Part shown: positions 1 to 10,364 of the stretch, one piece after another | Numbering within the stretch: position 1 is the first letter of the stretch | Layout: each line of letters opens with the position of its first letter | NCBI GenBank assembly: GCA_934255455.1 | Contig: CAKQNS010000005.1 | Coordinates: forward strand, 1,126 to 65,125 | Origin: an uncultured Alphaproteobacteria bacterium | GTDB lineage: Bacteria > Pseudomonadota > Alphaproteobacteria > Rs-D84 | Direction: 5' to 3' | Length of the DNA: 64,000 bases | Position numbers and translations under genes: made by a program | The notes under the pieces: model-generated | Database searches by the model: none | What the model saw: only the letters and a program-made list of their open reading frames with translations | Told to the model about the DNA's origin: nothing

Positions 1-1826
1 GTGCTGTTTTTCGGTAAATATTTGCCCGCATCGCACTTTACACCATTGGCGGTCCATTTTGCATACAGTGTTTTGTCCCCGGTTGACCCCTTGGCAATTT
101 GCGTCACTTTGTTTGTGAACGCGGCCTCAGAATACCAGCCGTCGAACGTGTATCCAGTCTTGGTTGGGTCGGCCAAAGTAATGGTTGGTGTCGCCATCGT
201 ATATTTCGCCGGGTTGGCCGCCGCGTTCGTGCCGCCGTCCAAATTGTATGTGATGGTGTATGGTATCAATGTGCATGCGTCGGCACTGGCCGCACCGGCG
301 TTGCTTCTGTACCCCTCGCCGCAGTATGTCAGACCACGATCGTTACCGCTGGTCCCCGTCCATGTTCCCCCCGTGCAATAATGACCAGTCAGACATTGTG
401 AACATTCTGTAGAATTCTTCGGCAGATATGTACCGGCACTGCAAGTGTACGATGGGGTTGTCGTGCCGCCGCCGGTTCCACCGCCGGTTCCACCGCCGGA
501 ATCTTCGCCGTTGTATTCTTCGCCGCCACTGAAAGCATCGGGGCCTTCGGCGTCGCCGTTGAACGCCAATGTCAATGGCCAGGCCCCATCGAATTTGGCG
601 GCCACTGTGGTCCACCCGGCCAGGTTCTGCTCTGTGTTTGCCGTGGACAGTACCGTCAACACGTCAACAATGTGGCTGGTATCATATCGGGACAGCGGAA
701 CCGCAACATCACCATCAAACCCCAGGTAATAGCAGGTTGGTTGGGGGGCGTCACCACCGCTTGGAAAATACATGGAACACCCAATGGCCAGATTGTCCAG
801 GTCTTCAACATCGTAAACACTGCCATCGCCATTGGATGTGCGCGAAATGTCCTTGCGTACCAATTCACCATTCTTGGCGGATTCCAAATCATAGATATAT
901 GGCAAACCGTTTGGCGCAAATGCATACAGACGCTGACATTTGCCGCCAATACCACCGTATACTCTGTCGTCGGAACCCTTGCATGTTCGTATCTGATTAA
1001 ACTGCTCGCTGGTCAAAAACTGGTCGCCGGCACCGGGGGCCAACGCCGCCAGGTATATGTGTTGGCCACCAATATCGCCACTGGCCAAGAGTGTATTAAG
1101 TTTTTCCAACCAATCGGTCCATGTGTATGTTTCAACCTCTTGTTTTCCTGTAAATATGCCGGGGTTAAATATTGTGTTGGGACCGGAATATCCATCGCCG
1201 GTGTTGCCCAACCAACCATTACGGCCCAGTTCCAGTTGGTTACCGTTTACCGTGGCGGACCAGTTGGTTATCGAATTCTCGTCCAGTGATGGCGCGGCGC
1301 CGGTGCAGTTGCCATAATAGCATTGACAGCCCTGGTTATCGCCGCCCTCCCATTGATCGATGGTTCGGGTGCCCGCCGGGCATCTGAAATGGCCAACACC
1401 ATATGTGTAATTCAAAATATCGGTCACAATCGTGTCGCCATTTTCAACATTGGCGTACATCTCGGCCAACTTGGCTTTTAACTCATCCTCGCCTATGGTT
1501 TGGGGTTTATAGGTTTTGAAGAATGCTTTCTTGCCGACTTCGTTATAAAGGGCTTGGATTTTGCCGCCGGCGGTTGGTATGGACGAAATTCCGCAATAGT
1601 TATCGTATGGGCAACTGACCCGTTCACCATCAAGGCCGAAATAGTATGTCGCGTCGTCTGGTGATTCATGCAGGCCACCCTCGGCCAGTTCGGTGTACCA
1701 ATCCTTTATTGTTCGGAGATTCACGCCGTCCGTCGCGTGTGCGCCGTCAACAGATGCGCCAAACACGAAAAACATCGCGACAAATAAATGTGCGAAAAAT
1801 CCCAGAAAACCGTGTCTTTTAACCAT
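1..1826 (-). CDS. Large secreted adhesin-like protein, 3'-partial and running off the left edge; Cys-rich repeats plus a Listeria-Bacteroides (Flg_new) repeat
   Basis: ATG at 1826 with signal-peptide-like N-terminus MVKRHGFLGFFAHLFVAMFFVFGASVDGAHA. Hand translation is open down to position 1 in the frame with codon starts congruent to 2 mod 3. The last 70 aa in the window read YTITYNLDGGTN...TGYTFDGWYSEAAFTNKVTQIAKGSTGDKTLYAKWTAN, a typical Flg_new repeat. Before that come C..AGTY..C..C..G.YC.GG repeats and a GGGTGGGTGGGT linker. The track lists no minus ORF in this frame across 1..1826, consistent with one ORF lacking a stop inside the window. Confidence 0.7.
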   Translation of the reverse strand, partial: MVKRHGFLGFFAHLFVAMFFVFGASVDGAHATDGVNLRTIKDWYTELAEGGLHESPDDATYYFGLDGERVSCPYDNYCGISSIPTAGGKIQALYNEVGKKAFFKTYKPQTIGEDELKAKLAEMYANVENGDTIVTDILNYTYGVGHFRCPAGTRTIDQWEGGDNQGCQCYYGNCTGAAPSLDENSITNWSATVNGNQLELGRNGWLGNTGDGYSGPNTIFNPGIFTGKQEVETYTWTDWLEKLNTLLASGDIGGQHIYLAALAPGAGDQFLTSEQFNQIRTCKGSDDRVYGGIGGKCQRLYAFAPNGLPYIYDLESAKNGELVRKDISRTSNGDGSVYDVEDLDNLAIGCSMYFPSGGDAPQPTCYYLGFDGDVAVPLSRYDTSHIVDVLTVLSTANTEQNLAGWTTVAAKFDGAWPLTLAFNGDAEGPDAFSGGEEYNGEDSGGGTGGGTGGGTTTPSYTCSAGTYLPKNSTECSQCLTGHYCTGGTWTGTSGNDRGLTYCGEGYRSNAGAASADACTLIPYTITYNLDGGTNAAANPAKYTMATPTITLADPTKTGYTFDGWYSEAAFTNKVTQIAKGSTGDKTLYAKWTANGVKCDAGKYLPKNS

Positions 1827-1898
1827 AATGTTCCTCTCTTTCAATGACGATGGTAGAAAATTTGCCCGTGGCGTGTAAAGCGAAAAAATCAGTTGGTG

Positions 1899-1921
1899 AA
1901 AAAAAACGCGCCAATGGCGCG
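1899..1921 (-). terminator. Rho-independent terminator downstream of tRNA-Met (hairpin CGCGCCATTGGCGCG plus T-run on the minus strand)
   Basis: Perfect inverted repeat cgcgcc-aat-ggcgcg followed by 8 T on the minus strand, immediately 3' of the tRNA. Confidence 0.55.
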
Positions 1922-1928
1922 AAATGTG

Positions 1929-2005
1929 TGGTGGGTTAGGTAGGACTCGAACCCACGACCAAAGCGTTATGAGCGCTCCGCTCTAACCAACTGAGCTACT
2001 AACCC
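1929..2005 (-). tRNA. tRNA-Met (anticodon CAU; elongator-type or possibly Ile2-lysidine), CCA encoded
   Basis: Reverse complement gives GGGTTAG-TA-GCTC-AGTTGGTTA-GAGC...CTCATAA loop...GGTTCGAGTCC...CTAACCC-A-CCA: a canonical cloverleaf with 7-bp acceptor stem, U8-A9 and anticodon CAT. Confidence 0.8.
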
Positions 2006-2095
2006 ACGGTCGCAATTATATATGTTTTCGCATCCGTTGCAAGTCATTTTTATTATGTGCTTTATTTTTTCGCGCGCCTGTGCCAATATGGGCGC

Positions 2096-3370
2096 ATGGA
2101 TGCAATTGTGCCTATTTTGAATGAAACACAAATTGCCGCGTTTAACGCGGTGGCGCATTCCAATGCAAATTTGCTGATTCTGGGCCAGGCGGGTACTGGA
2201 AAATCGACATTTGTGAATTATATGAAATCGGCATTGAACAAACGGGTCGTCTGTGCGTGCCCCACGGCCGTGTCGGCGTTGAACATTGGGGGCCAGACTA
2301 TTCATTCGCTGTTTCAAATTCAGCCGCGCGATTTTATTATGCCGGAACTGTTGAAATTAAAGGCCAAACCGCGCAACATATTAAATGCGACCGATGTTTT
2401 GATAATTGATGAAATTTCTATGGTTGCACCAGATTTGCTGGATGCCATGGACATATTGGCGCGCAGTGCGCGGCACAATAACGCGCCGTTCGGCGGAATC
2501 CAGGTCGTTGCAATTGGCGATTTGTTTCAATTGCCGCCGGTTATAACGCGTGATGCCGCCGAAATGTATCGCCAGGCATACGGCCACGAAAATGCATACT
2601 TTTTCGATGCACATGTGGCGGCGCGTTGTGATTTTCAAAAATTCAATTTTGAATGCGTGTATCGGCAAAATGATTTGCCGTTGCTGGAAAATCTGAAACG
2701 TCTGCGCGGGGGCGATTTGGGCGCGTTGGAATTTTTTAATTCGTGCAAAATTGATGATGCCACGCGTCGTGCAAATGCCGTTATAATCACGCCGTTTCGC
2801 GCGGTGGCCGAGCGTATAAATGCCGACCGACTGGCGCAAATTGGTGCGCCCGATGTCACATATACCGGAACATTGTCGGGAACTTTTGCCGAACGCGATG
2901 CGCCCGCACCGGTGAATTTAACATTAAAGGTTGGGGCATTGGTCGTCTTTGTTAAAAACGGCGATAAATGGCACAATGGTTCGATGGGAATTGTGCAATC
3001 GTTGTCGGCGCGCGAAATAGTCGTTCAATTGCTAAACAAATCACGCGATGTTGTGTCGGTGCGACCAGAAAAATGGGAAAAGATAGAATACTCGCGCGAT
3101 GAAAATGACCGCGTTATTGAAAACGAAGTCGGCAGTTTCAAACAATTCCCGCTGAATTTGGGTTATGCCATGACCATACACAAGGCCCAGGGCAAAACAC
3201 TGGATGCGGTTGTGGTTGATATTTCGCGTGGGGCGTTCGCGCATGGGCAAACATACGTCGCATTATCGCGCACGCGGGCCGCGGGCGATATGCATATTGC
3301 GTCACCGTTGCGTCCGCGCGATGTTATATTTGATTCGCGTGTTTTGAATTTTGTAAATGGTGAATTATAA
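2096..3370 (+). CDS. pif1: Pif1-family ATP-dependent DNA helicase (AAA_30/RecD-like fold)
   Basis: Walker A GQAGTGKS, motif II DEISMV, and the Pif1 signature block PFGGIQVVAIGDLFQLPPV. TIHKAQG helicase motif near the C-terminus. About 425 aa, typical of bacterial Pif1. A GTG at 2057 is an alternative start. Confidence 0.8.
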   Translation: MDAIVPILNETQIAAFNAVAHSNANLLILGQAGTGKSTFVNYMKSALNKRVVCACPTAVSALNIGGQTIHSLFQIQPRDFIMPELLKLKAKPRNILNATDVLIIDEISMVAPDLLDAMDILARSARHNNAPFGGIQVVAIGDLFQLPPVITRDAAEMYRQAYGHENAYFFDAHVAARCDFQKFNFECVYRQNDLPLLENLKRLRGGDLGALEFFNSCKIDDATRRANAVIITPFRAVAERINADRLAQIGAPDVTYTGTLSGTFAERDAPAPVNLTLKVGALVVFVKNGDKWHNGSMGIVQSLSAREIVVQLLNKSRDVVSVRPEKWEKIEYSRDENDRVIENEVGSFKQFPLNLGYAMTIHKAQGKTLDAVVVDISRGAFAHGQTYVALSRTRAAGDMHIASPLRPRDVIFDSRVLNFVNGEL

Positions 3371-3751
3371 ATCGCGGGCCATTAAAATGGCATCAATTCC
3401 GTCATAGTATTTTGGACGCCGCCCGACAACGGTAAATCCGTGTTTTTCATACAGCGCACGGGCAGGGTGGTTGTTTTCTGCGACCTCTAGAAATACGCGT
3501 TTAACGCCGCGCGCGGCCAGGTCGCGCACCATCAATTCAATCATGGTTGCCGCAATGCCACCACGGCGTGCATCGGGGTGTACACCAATGGTAATCAGTT
3601 CTGCTTCAGGCGTTATGGCGCGATATACGATAAAACCGTTTTGACTGGCCACAATGTCACAGCCCGATTTTTTCAAGTCCGCAAAATCGGCCGCCGACCA
3701 TGGTTTGTGCGGGAAACACAGTGCATGCAAATGTTCCAGTTCGTTTAACAT
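3365..3751 (-). CDS. rimI: Ribosomal-protein-alanine N-acetyltransferase (GNAT)
   Basis: GNAT motifs (RRGGIAATMIELMVRDLAARGVKRVFLEV..N..A..LYEKHGF); conserved position downstream of tsaB. Confidence 0.75.
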   Translation of the reverse strand: MLNELEHLHALCFPHKPWSAADFADLKKSGCDIVASQNGFIVYRAITPEAELITIGVHPDARRGGIAATMIELMVRDLAARGVKRVFLEVAENNHPARALYEKHGFTVVGRRPKYYDGIDAILMARDL

Positions 3752-4290
3752 TTCTTCGCGTTTTCTTCGGCATAGCTGGGGCGCAGGTACATCGGAACAA
3801 CGGCGTCCAAATTGCCGGCGGACAGTTTCTGTTCGGCAATTTTTGTTGCCAATTTCAAATCAAATGGTTTGTGACCAACGGTCGCCGGACATTCCATTTG
3901 ACGGGTTTCTAATTCATCAATGCCCATTGTTTGTGGCGCCGTTTTTGCCGATGCGACAAAGAAATCGCCACGGCCTGAATCAATTGCAACAAATGCGTCC
4001 GGGGTCGCGGCCAGGTACAATTCAAATGCATTGATTGGCACCACCGGAATATTCAGTCCCATGGCCAGGCCCTTGGCATACGCGATGCCCAGACGAATGC
4101 CGGTAAAACTGCCCGGACCAACAACAACGGCAATAGCGCGCAAATCGTGCCACGATGCGCCACACGATTTCATAAATTTTTCGCATTCAATGGGTAATGC
4201 CAACGATTGTTTTTCAACCGGAATTTTTGCGTACGCATCGCCCAAAACGAATTCCAAATCATTCCCTGATGTGTTTATAACCAATATCAT
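3745..4290 (-). CDS. tsaB: tRNA threonylcarbamoyladenosine biosynthesis protein TsaB (YeaZ)
   Basis: N-terminal MILVINTSGNDLEF, GPGSFTGIRLGIAYAKGLAMGLNIPVV motif; tsaB-rimI synteny. Confidence 0.8.
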   Translation of the reverse strand: MILVINTSGNDLEFVLGDAYAKIPVEKQSLALPIECEKFMKSCGASWHDLRAIAVVVGPGSFTGIRLGIAYAKGLAMGLNIPVVPINAFELYLAATPDAFVAIDSGRGDFFVASAKTAPQTMGIDELETRQMECPATVGHKPFDLKLATKIAEQKLSAGNLDAVVPMYLRPSYAEENAKKC

Positions 4291-4299
4291 TTGTATTTC

Positions 4300-6057
4300 C
4301 TATATCCGAACGCCGAAACCAATCCGCTTGGAAAATCCGGCGGATTTATGTGCGGCCAACAATTCGTCGATTTTATCAATTGTGAATTCGGTTTTTACAT
4401 CGTTGCCATCGTTCAACAGCAATGCACGACGCAACACGGCCGTCAATTCGCGCTGTAATTCACGAACGCCTTGTTCCGATGTATAGTTTTGAATTATGTG
4501 ACGCAATGCCGCATCATCAATGATAATGTTTTCAGGCGCCCAACCAGTGTCGCGTGCCGCGCGGTCAATTAAATGTTCGCGTGCAATTTGAATTTTATCT
4601 TCGATGGTGTACCCGGGAATTTCAATGATTTCCATACGGTCTTTTAACGCCGCCGACATATTCAAACTGTTTGCGGTTGCAATAAACATCACATTGGACA
4701 GGTCAAAATCAACCTCCAAATAATGATCGCGGAAAGTCTTGTTTTGTTCCGGATCCAAAATCTCCAGCAATGCCGATTCCGGATCGCCACGCCAATCGCG
4801 CCCCATTTTATCAATCTCGTCCAACACAATAACAGGGTTGTTTGTCTTGCACCGTTTCAATGCGTCCATAATACGCCCAGTTTGCGCGCCGATATATGTT
4901 TTGCGGTGGCCGCGGAAATGTGCCTCGTCCGAAATGCCCCCCAACGATATGCGTTGATATTTCCGGCCCAGTGCGGTCGCAATTGATTTACCCAATGATG
5001 TTTTACCAACACCCGGCGCGCCCACCAGGCATAAAATGCTGCCCTGGTTTTTACCGGTTTTTTTCATAACGGCAATGTGTTCCAAAATGCGTTCCTTGAC
5101 CGGTTGCATTCCGGAATGTTCGCTGTCCAGAACAGCACGCGCGGTGCGTAAATCAATTTCAGATTTATCGGATTTATCCCATGGCATCGACAACAATTCA
5201 TCCAGATACGATTTTAACAACGCACCATCATTTGACATTGGTGCCATTGAACGCATACGCCGCCATTCGGACAAAGCCTTGTCCCGGACATCCGCGGGGA
5301 GACCCGCACGCATAATGCGTTTGCGCATATTTTCAGAATCCATTTCTTCACTGCCTTCGCCCATCTCGTGTTGAATGGCACGCAGTTTTTCCTGTAAAAT
5401 GGCATCGCGGCGACCGCGTTCCATCTGTAATTGAATGCGGCGGTTGATTGAATCTTCTATTTTTGCGGTGGCCAAAATCAGATTGATTTGTTCCAATAAA
5501 ATTGTCAGTTTATCATACCAATTGGTCGTTGCCAAAATGCGAACGGCAACATCGGTATCCAGCCCCGCCATTTGAATTGCCGCATCAACAAATGCGCCCA
5601 ATGGATAGTTTTGCATAACACTGCGCAAACGATCCATTTTGAATTTGCGCGCACCGGACAATGCCTGCATATTTTCGGCAATTTTATCGCGCAGGGCAAT
5701 CACCTGTTCGGCGGTGTCATCGTTTGCAATTTCAATAGGTGTCGTGTTGGCCGTGAACAGCCCGCTCATTATGCTGATATCGGTTAAATGTACCGCACTG
5801 ACCGTGTGCACAATTGCGTGAATGGCGCCGTCTGGCATACGCAGAACCTGGACAATTTCGCCCAATGTCCCGGTGTCGTAAATATCATCGGGCGATGTGG
5901 GATATCCCCACGAATGCTGGGGCACCAAAACAATGCGCCCACCCGCGCCAGTTGCGGTTTCGATACATAATACGGATTGTGGGTTGTCAATATATATTGG
6001 CACCGTTGAATCCGGATGAACGATTAAATCACGAAAAGGTAAAATATATTCTGTCAT
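4300..6057 (-). CDS. Lon-like AAA+ protein (Lon N-domain plus ATPase) lacking the S16 peptidase domain
   Basis: Lon N-terminal domain, Walker A GAPGVGKTS, Walker B VLDEIDKMG and the sensor-2 helical region. The ORF stops right after the AAA lid and tsaB begins 10 nt later, so there is no room for the roughly 200-aa Ser-Lys protease domain. Confidence 0.7.
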   Translation of the reverse strand: MTEYILPFRDLIVHPDSTVPIYIDNPQSVLCIETATGAGGRIVLVPQHSWGYPTSPDDIYDTGTLGEIVQVLRMPDGAIHAIVHTVSAVHLTDISIMSGLFTANTTPIEIANDDTAEQVIALRDKIAENMQALSGARKFKMDRLRSVMQNYPLGAFVDAAIQMAGLDTDVAVRILATTNWYDKLTILLEQINLILATAKIEDSINRRIQLQMERGRRDAILQEKLRAIQHEMGEGSEEMDSENMRKRIMRAGLPADVRDKALSEWRRMRSMAPMSNDGALLKSYLDELLSMPWDKSDKSEIDLRTARAVLDSEHSGMQPVKERILEHIAVMKKTGKNQGSILCLVGAPGVGKTSLGKSIATALGRKYQRISLGGISDEAHFRGHRKTYIGAQTGRIMDALKRCKTNNPVIVLDEIDKMGRDWRGDPESALLEILDPEQNKTFRDHYLEVDFDLSNVMFIATANSLNMSAALKDRMEIIEIPGYTIEDKIQIAREHLIDRAARDTGWAPENIIIDDAALRHIIQNYTSEQGVRELQRELTAVLRRALLLNDGNDVKTEFTIDKIDELLAAHKSAGFSKRIGFGVRI

Positions 6058-6103
6058 AGCAGAACAAATATAAGATATTTTTACAATAATTCAAGACTAA
6101 TAA

Positions 6104-6128
6104 AAAATCCCCCAAAAACGGGGGATTT
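6104..6128 (-). terminator. Rho-independent terminator (aaaatcccccaaaaacgggggattt)
   Basis: GC-rich hairpin with flanking A/T runs, downstream of the small minus-strand gene ending at 6151. Confidence 0.5.
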
Positions 6129-6150
6129 GAATTGCGCTGTGCACATAATA

Positions 6151-6414
6151 TTAACGACGACGACCGTTAAAACCATTGTACTGTGCGGTGTTGCTGGAAC
6201 GTTTTGACAAATAGCGCGCAGCAATCAAAACCAACCATTCAAATGACAAAGCCGCCATTGCCAACAATTGATTTTCAAACCCGTTCAGCCAACCCAAAAC
6301 ATATACCATCTGGGCGATAAAAGAGATGTACAAAATACCAAACATACCTGTAAAGAATACTTTTTTTACTTTTCCAAACATTTTTCTGCCTTTCTGTTTT
6401 TGTTTCATATTCAT
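6151..6414 (-). CDS. Small hypothetical membrane protein
   Basis: Lys-rich N-terminus followed by two hydrophobic segments (FFTGMFGILYISFIAQMVYVLGWL; LLAMAALSFEWLVLIAARYL). Start chosen at an internal Met. Confidence 0.35.
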   Translation of the reverse strand: MNMKQKQKGRKMFGKVKKVFFTGMFGILYISFIAQMVYVLGWLNGFENQLLAMAALSFEWLVLIAARYLSKRSSNTAQYNGFNGRRR

Positions 6415-6907
6415 AAATGTCGGGTTTCTGTTGCCGGGCACCCGACGGCCCCGCAATAAGCGAAATGGATATAATCAACAATTGCCAATCATATCCGATG
6501 CCATATTAGGCAGCCATTGCAAGGCGAACATTGTCGTTCGCAGCGATTCTATCGCCATTCATTTTTTTATCGGCTTTTAACGACGCCATGTCGGATTCAA
6601 TCTGTTGTCTTTACTGCGCCTGTCGAAACTATGTCAGCCCCAATAAAATCATTCTGGTTGGTATCTGCTGGTTTTCTGCGATGGTCGTGTATGTCCAATA
6701 CACTTTCCATCTTGAAAACGGCGCATATCCACAACCACAATGATTTTCTGAAATAATGATGGTGGAGCTGTGGGGTACCGCCCCCCAGTCCAATGCGTCT
6801 ATTCCACACAGAATTCAGAATCATCATCGCTTGCGCGACCCATATATTATAAATATTTACTGTGGAAATTGCAAGTTTTTAAGTTATAATCAATGAAAAC
6901 AGGATAA

Positions 6908-8408
<1,501 letters not shown>

Positions 8409-8493
8409 CCGCCCGCGCCCGCCGTTTGCAATTTGTTTTTTTTCTGATAAAATCTGGACAACAAAAACAACACCAGTAAAGGAGAAAAACAAA

Positions 8494-9123
8494 ATGGCAC
8501 AAACATCATTAAAAGGCACACAAACAGAAAAAAATCTGTTGATTGCGTTCGCCGGTGAATCCCAGGCGCGCAATCGTTACACTTTCTTTGCGTCCCGTGC
8601 CAAGGACGAGGGATACCAGGCAATTTCAAAGATATTTTTGGAAACAGCCGACCAGGAAAAAGAACATGCGTCACGTTTGTTCAAATTTCTGGAAGGTGGC
8701 GATTTGGAAATAACCGCATCTTTCCCGGCGGGTAAAATCGGCACAACGTTGGAAAATTTACAGGCCGCCGCATACGGTGAACACGAAGAAAACACCAATA
8801 TGTATCCGAAATTTGCGCAAATCGCCGCACAAGAAGGCTTCCCCACAATTGCAGATGTTTTGAAAAACATCGGTTATGCCGAACGCTATCACGAATCGCG
8901 CTATCGCGCATTGATTGATGCAATTGAAAATGGCACATTATTCAAACAGGATCACATTGTTATGTGGCGTTGCACAAATTGCGGTATGTGGCACATTGGG
9001 ACCGAGGCTCCCAAGGTATGCCCGGCATGTTTGCATCCCCAGGGATATTTCATCAGCGAGGGCACAATTTCCCGCTGTGATACGAACGAAGGATTCTGTG
9101 AATACGCTGCAATTGATGAATAA
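8494..9123 (+). CDS. rbr: Rubrerythrin (ferritin-like di-iron domain plus C-terminal rubredoxin-like CxxC..CxxC)
   Basis: EKNLLIAFAGESQARNRYTFFA, EHA...E motifs and C-terminal WRCTNCGMWH...CPACLHP. Strong SD aaaggag. Confidence 0.85.
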   Translation: MAQTSLKGTQTEKNLLIAFAGESQARNRYTFFASRAKDEGYQAISKIFLETADQEKEHASRLFKFLEGGDLEITASFPAGKIGTTLENLQAAAYGEHEENTNMYPKFAQIAAQEGFPTIADVLKNIGYAERYHESRYRALIDAIENGTLFKQDHIVMWRCTNCGMWHIGTEAPKVCPACLHPQGYFISEGTISRCDTNEGFCEYAAIDE

Positions 9124-9128
9124 ATAAT

Positions 9129-9157
9129 CCGCCCCATCGGGGCGGTTTTTTTAAGAA
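9129..9157. terminator. Bidirectional rho-independent terminator (ccgccccatcggggcgg plus T-run)
   Basis: Perfect hairpin between convergent genes, the rubrerythrin gene and the lipoprotein gene. Confidence 0.6.
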
Positions 9158-9164
9158 TTTATTT

Positions 9165-9629
9165 TTATTTCATTTCCAATGTGTCCAATGCCGCGTCCAG
9201 TTTGCGCAATGAACTGTTTGCACAACCGCGACCGGTCCAACCAAATATTTCTTGTCCGGTTTCGTTATCTGCGATAGAAACATTAAAACGCCACCACCAG
9301 AATCCATTGAAAGGGCACCAAAATGGATTGAATGTCGGTGTTTTTTCTTCTACTTGGACTATATATCTTGCCTTGCCAATATCCGATGCGGATATTATTG
9401 ATGCAGAATCATCCGACGCGATATATGTTGTACCTATGGATGATTTTTTGTATCCCACAGTCACATTATATCCGCGCTTTTCCAGACGATTTTTTATAAA
9501 GTGCTGTAATTGATAACCACCACGGTCAACATAGATAACATCAGCTTTATCCAATGTGCCGGGTTTAATATACATACTGTTGCATGCGGCCAACGCCAAC
9601 GGCAACAAGAAAATCATAGTGCGTTTCAT
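9165..9629 (-). CDS. Hypothetical lipoprotein
   Basis: Lipobox LALAAC after a hydrophobic signal peptide (MKRTMIFLLPLALAACNS). Confidence 0.55.
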   Translation of the reverse strand: MKRTMIFLLPLALAACNSMYIKPGTLDKADVIYVDRGGYQLQHFIKNRLEKRGYNVTVGYKKSSIGTTYIASDDSASIISASDIGKARYIVQVEEKTPTFNPFWCPFNGFWWWRFNVSIADNETGQEIFGWTGRGCANSSLRKLDAALDTLEMK

Positions 9630-9700
9630 ACAAATTCCTTTGCGGCGATTGTATTAAAATGGGCGGGGCAAATACAAGGAAAAATTTCATATAATATAAC

Positions 9701-10245
9701 TGGCGCACCCGGACGGATTCACTCGACCCGTCGGATTAAAAAATCCGTCGTGTCTGCGTGGCATTCGTGACGGCTCGCCCGCGCTGTCGCTTGGCTTGCC
9801 TACTCGTTGTCGAACGCGGCGTGTTCAAATCGCGGGATGCACAACAAAAACAAAACCGCCGGCAAGCGACGGTTTAATTTTTGGCGCACCCGGACGGATT
9901 CACTCGACCCGTCGGATTAAAAAATCCGTCGTGTCTGCGTGGCACTCGTGACGGCTTGCCCACGCTGTCGCTTGGCTTGCCTACTCGTTGTCGAACGCGG
10001 CGCGTTCAAATCGCAGGTTGCACAACAAAAACAAAACCGCCGGCAAGCGACGGTTTAATTTTTGGCGCACCCGAACGGATTCACTCGACCCGTCGGATTA
10101 AAAAAAATCCGCCGTGTCTGCGTGGCACTCGTGACGGCTCGCCCGCGCTGTCGCTTGGCTTGCCTACTCGTTGTCGAACGCGGCGCGTTCAAATCGCGGG
10201 TTGCACAACAAAAACAAAACCGCCGGCAAGCGACGGTTTAATTTT
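9701..10245 (-). repeat. Three tandem direct repeats of 181-183 bp. Each carries the tRNA-Arg 3'-terminal acceptor/CCA segment, a T-arm-like hairpin and a copy of the tRNA terminator
   Basis: Units begin at 9701, 9882 and 10063 (period 181). Each starts with tggcgcacccgg, identical to the 3' end of the adjacent tRNA-Arg, and ends with aaaccgccggcaagcgacggtttaattttt, the same hairpin plus T-run that terminates the true tRNA. Confidence 0.85.
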
Positions 10246-10322
10246 TGGCGCACCCGGCGCGATTCGAACGCGCAGTCCCCGCCTTCGGAGGGCGATGCTC
10301 TATCCAGTTGAGCCACGGGTGC
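10246..10322 (-). tRNA. tRNA-Arg (anticodon CCG)
   Basis: Reverse complement GCACCCG-TG-GCTC-AACTGGATA-GAGC-A-TCGCC-CTCCGAA-GGCGG...GCGCG-TTCGAAT-CGCGC-CGGGTGC-G-CCA. Confidence 0.85.
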
Positions 10323-10364
10323 ACTGCGCACTATTATAATTGTTTATGAATAAATTGCAAGGCT

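Noticed and set aside
1-381. Plus-strand ORFs at 1..381, 99..401, 445..729, 569..1000, 672..1289 and others at the left edge
   Set aside because: All are antisense to, or out of frame with, the long minus-strand adhesin ORF. Gly/Pro/Val-rich compositions are typical of the non-coding frames of a GGT/GGC-rich gene.
6470-6900. 430-bp gene-free region upstream of obg, screened for a hidden ORF or ncRNA
   Set aside because: All frames hit stops within 40 codons. I found no recognisable SRP, tmRNA or RNase P motifs, so I leave it as an intergenic or promoter region.
9701-10245. Possible CRISPR array
   Set aside because: The repeats are 181 bp, tandem, and have no unique spacers between them. This is not CRISPR architecture.
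9881-10339. 152-aa plus-strand ORF
   Set aside because: It spans the tandem 181-bp repeats and runs antisense through tRNA-Arg. The repetitive peptide (…RIHSTRRIKK… repeated) reflects the DNA repeat, not a gene.
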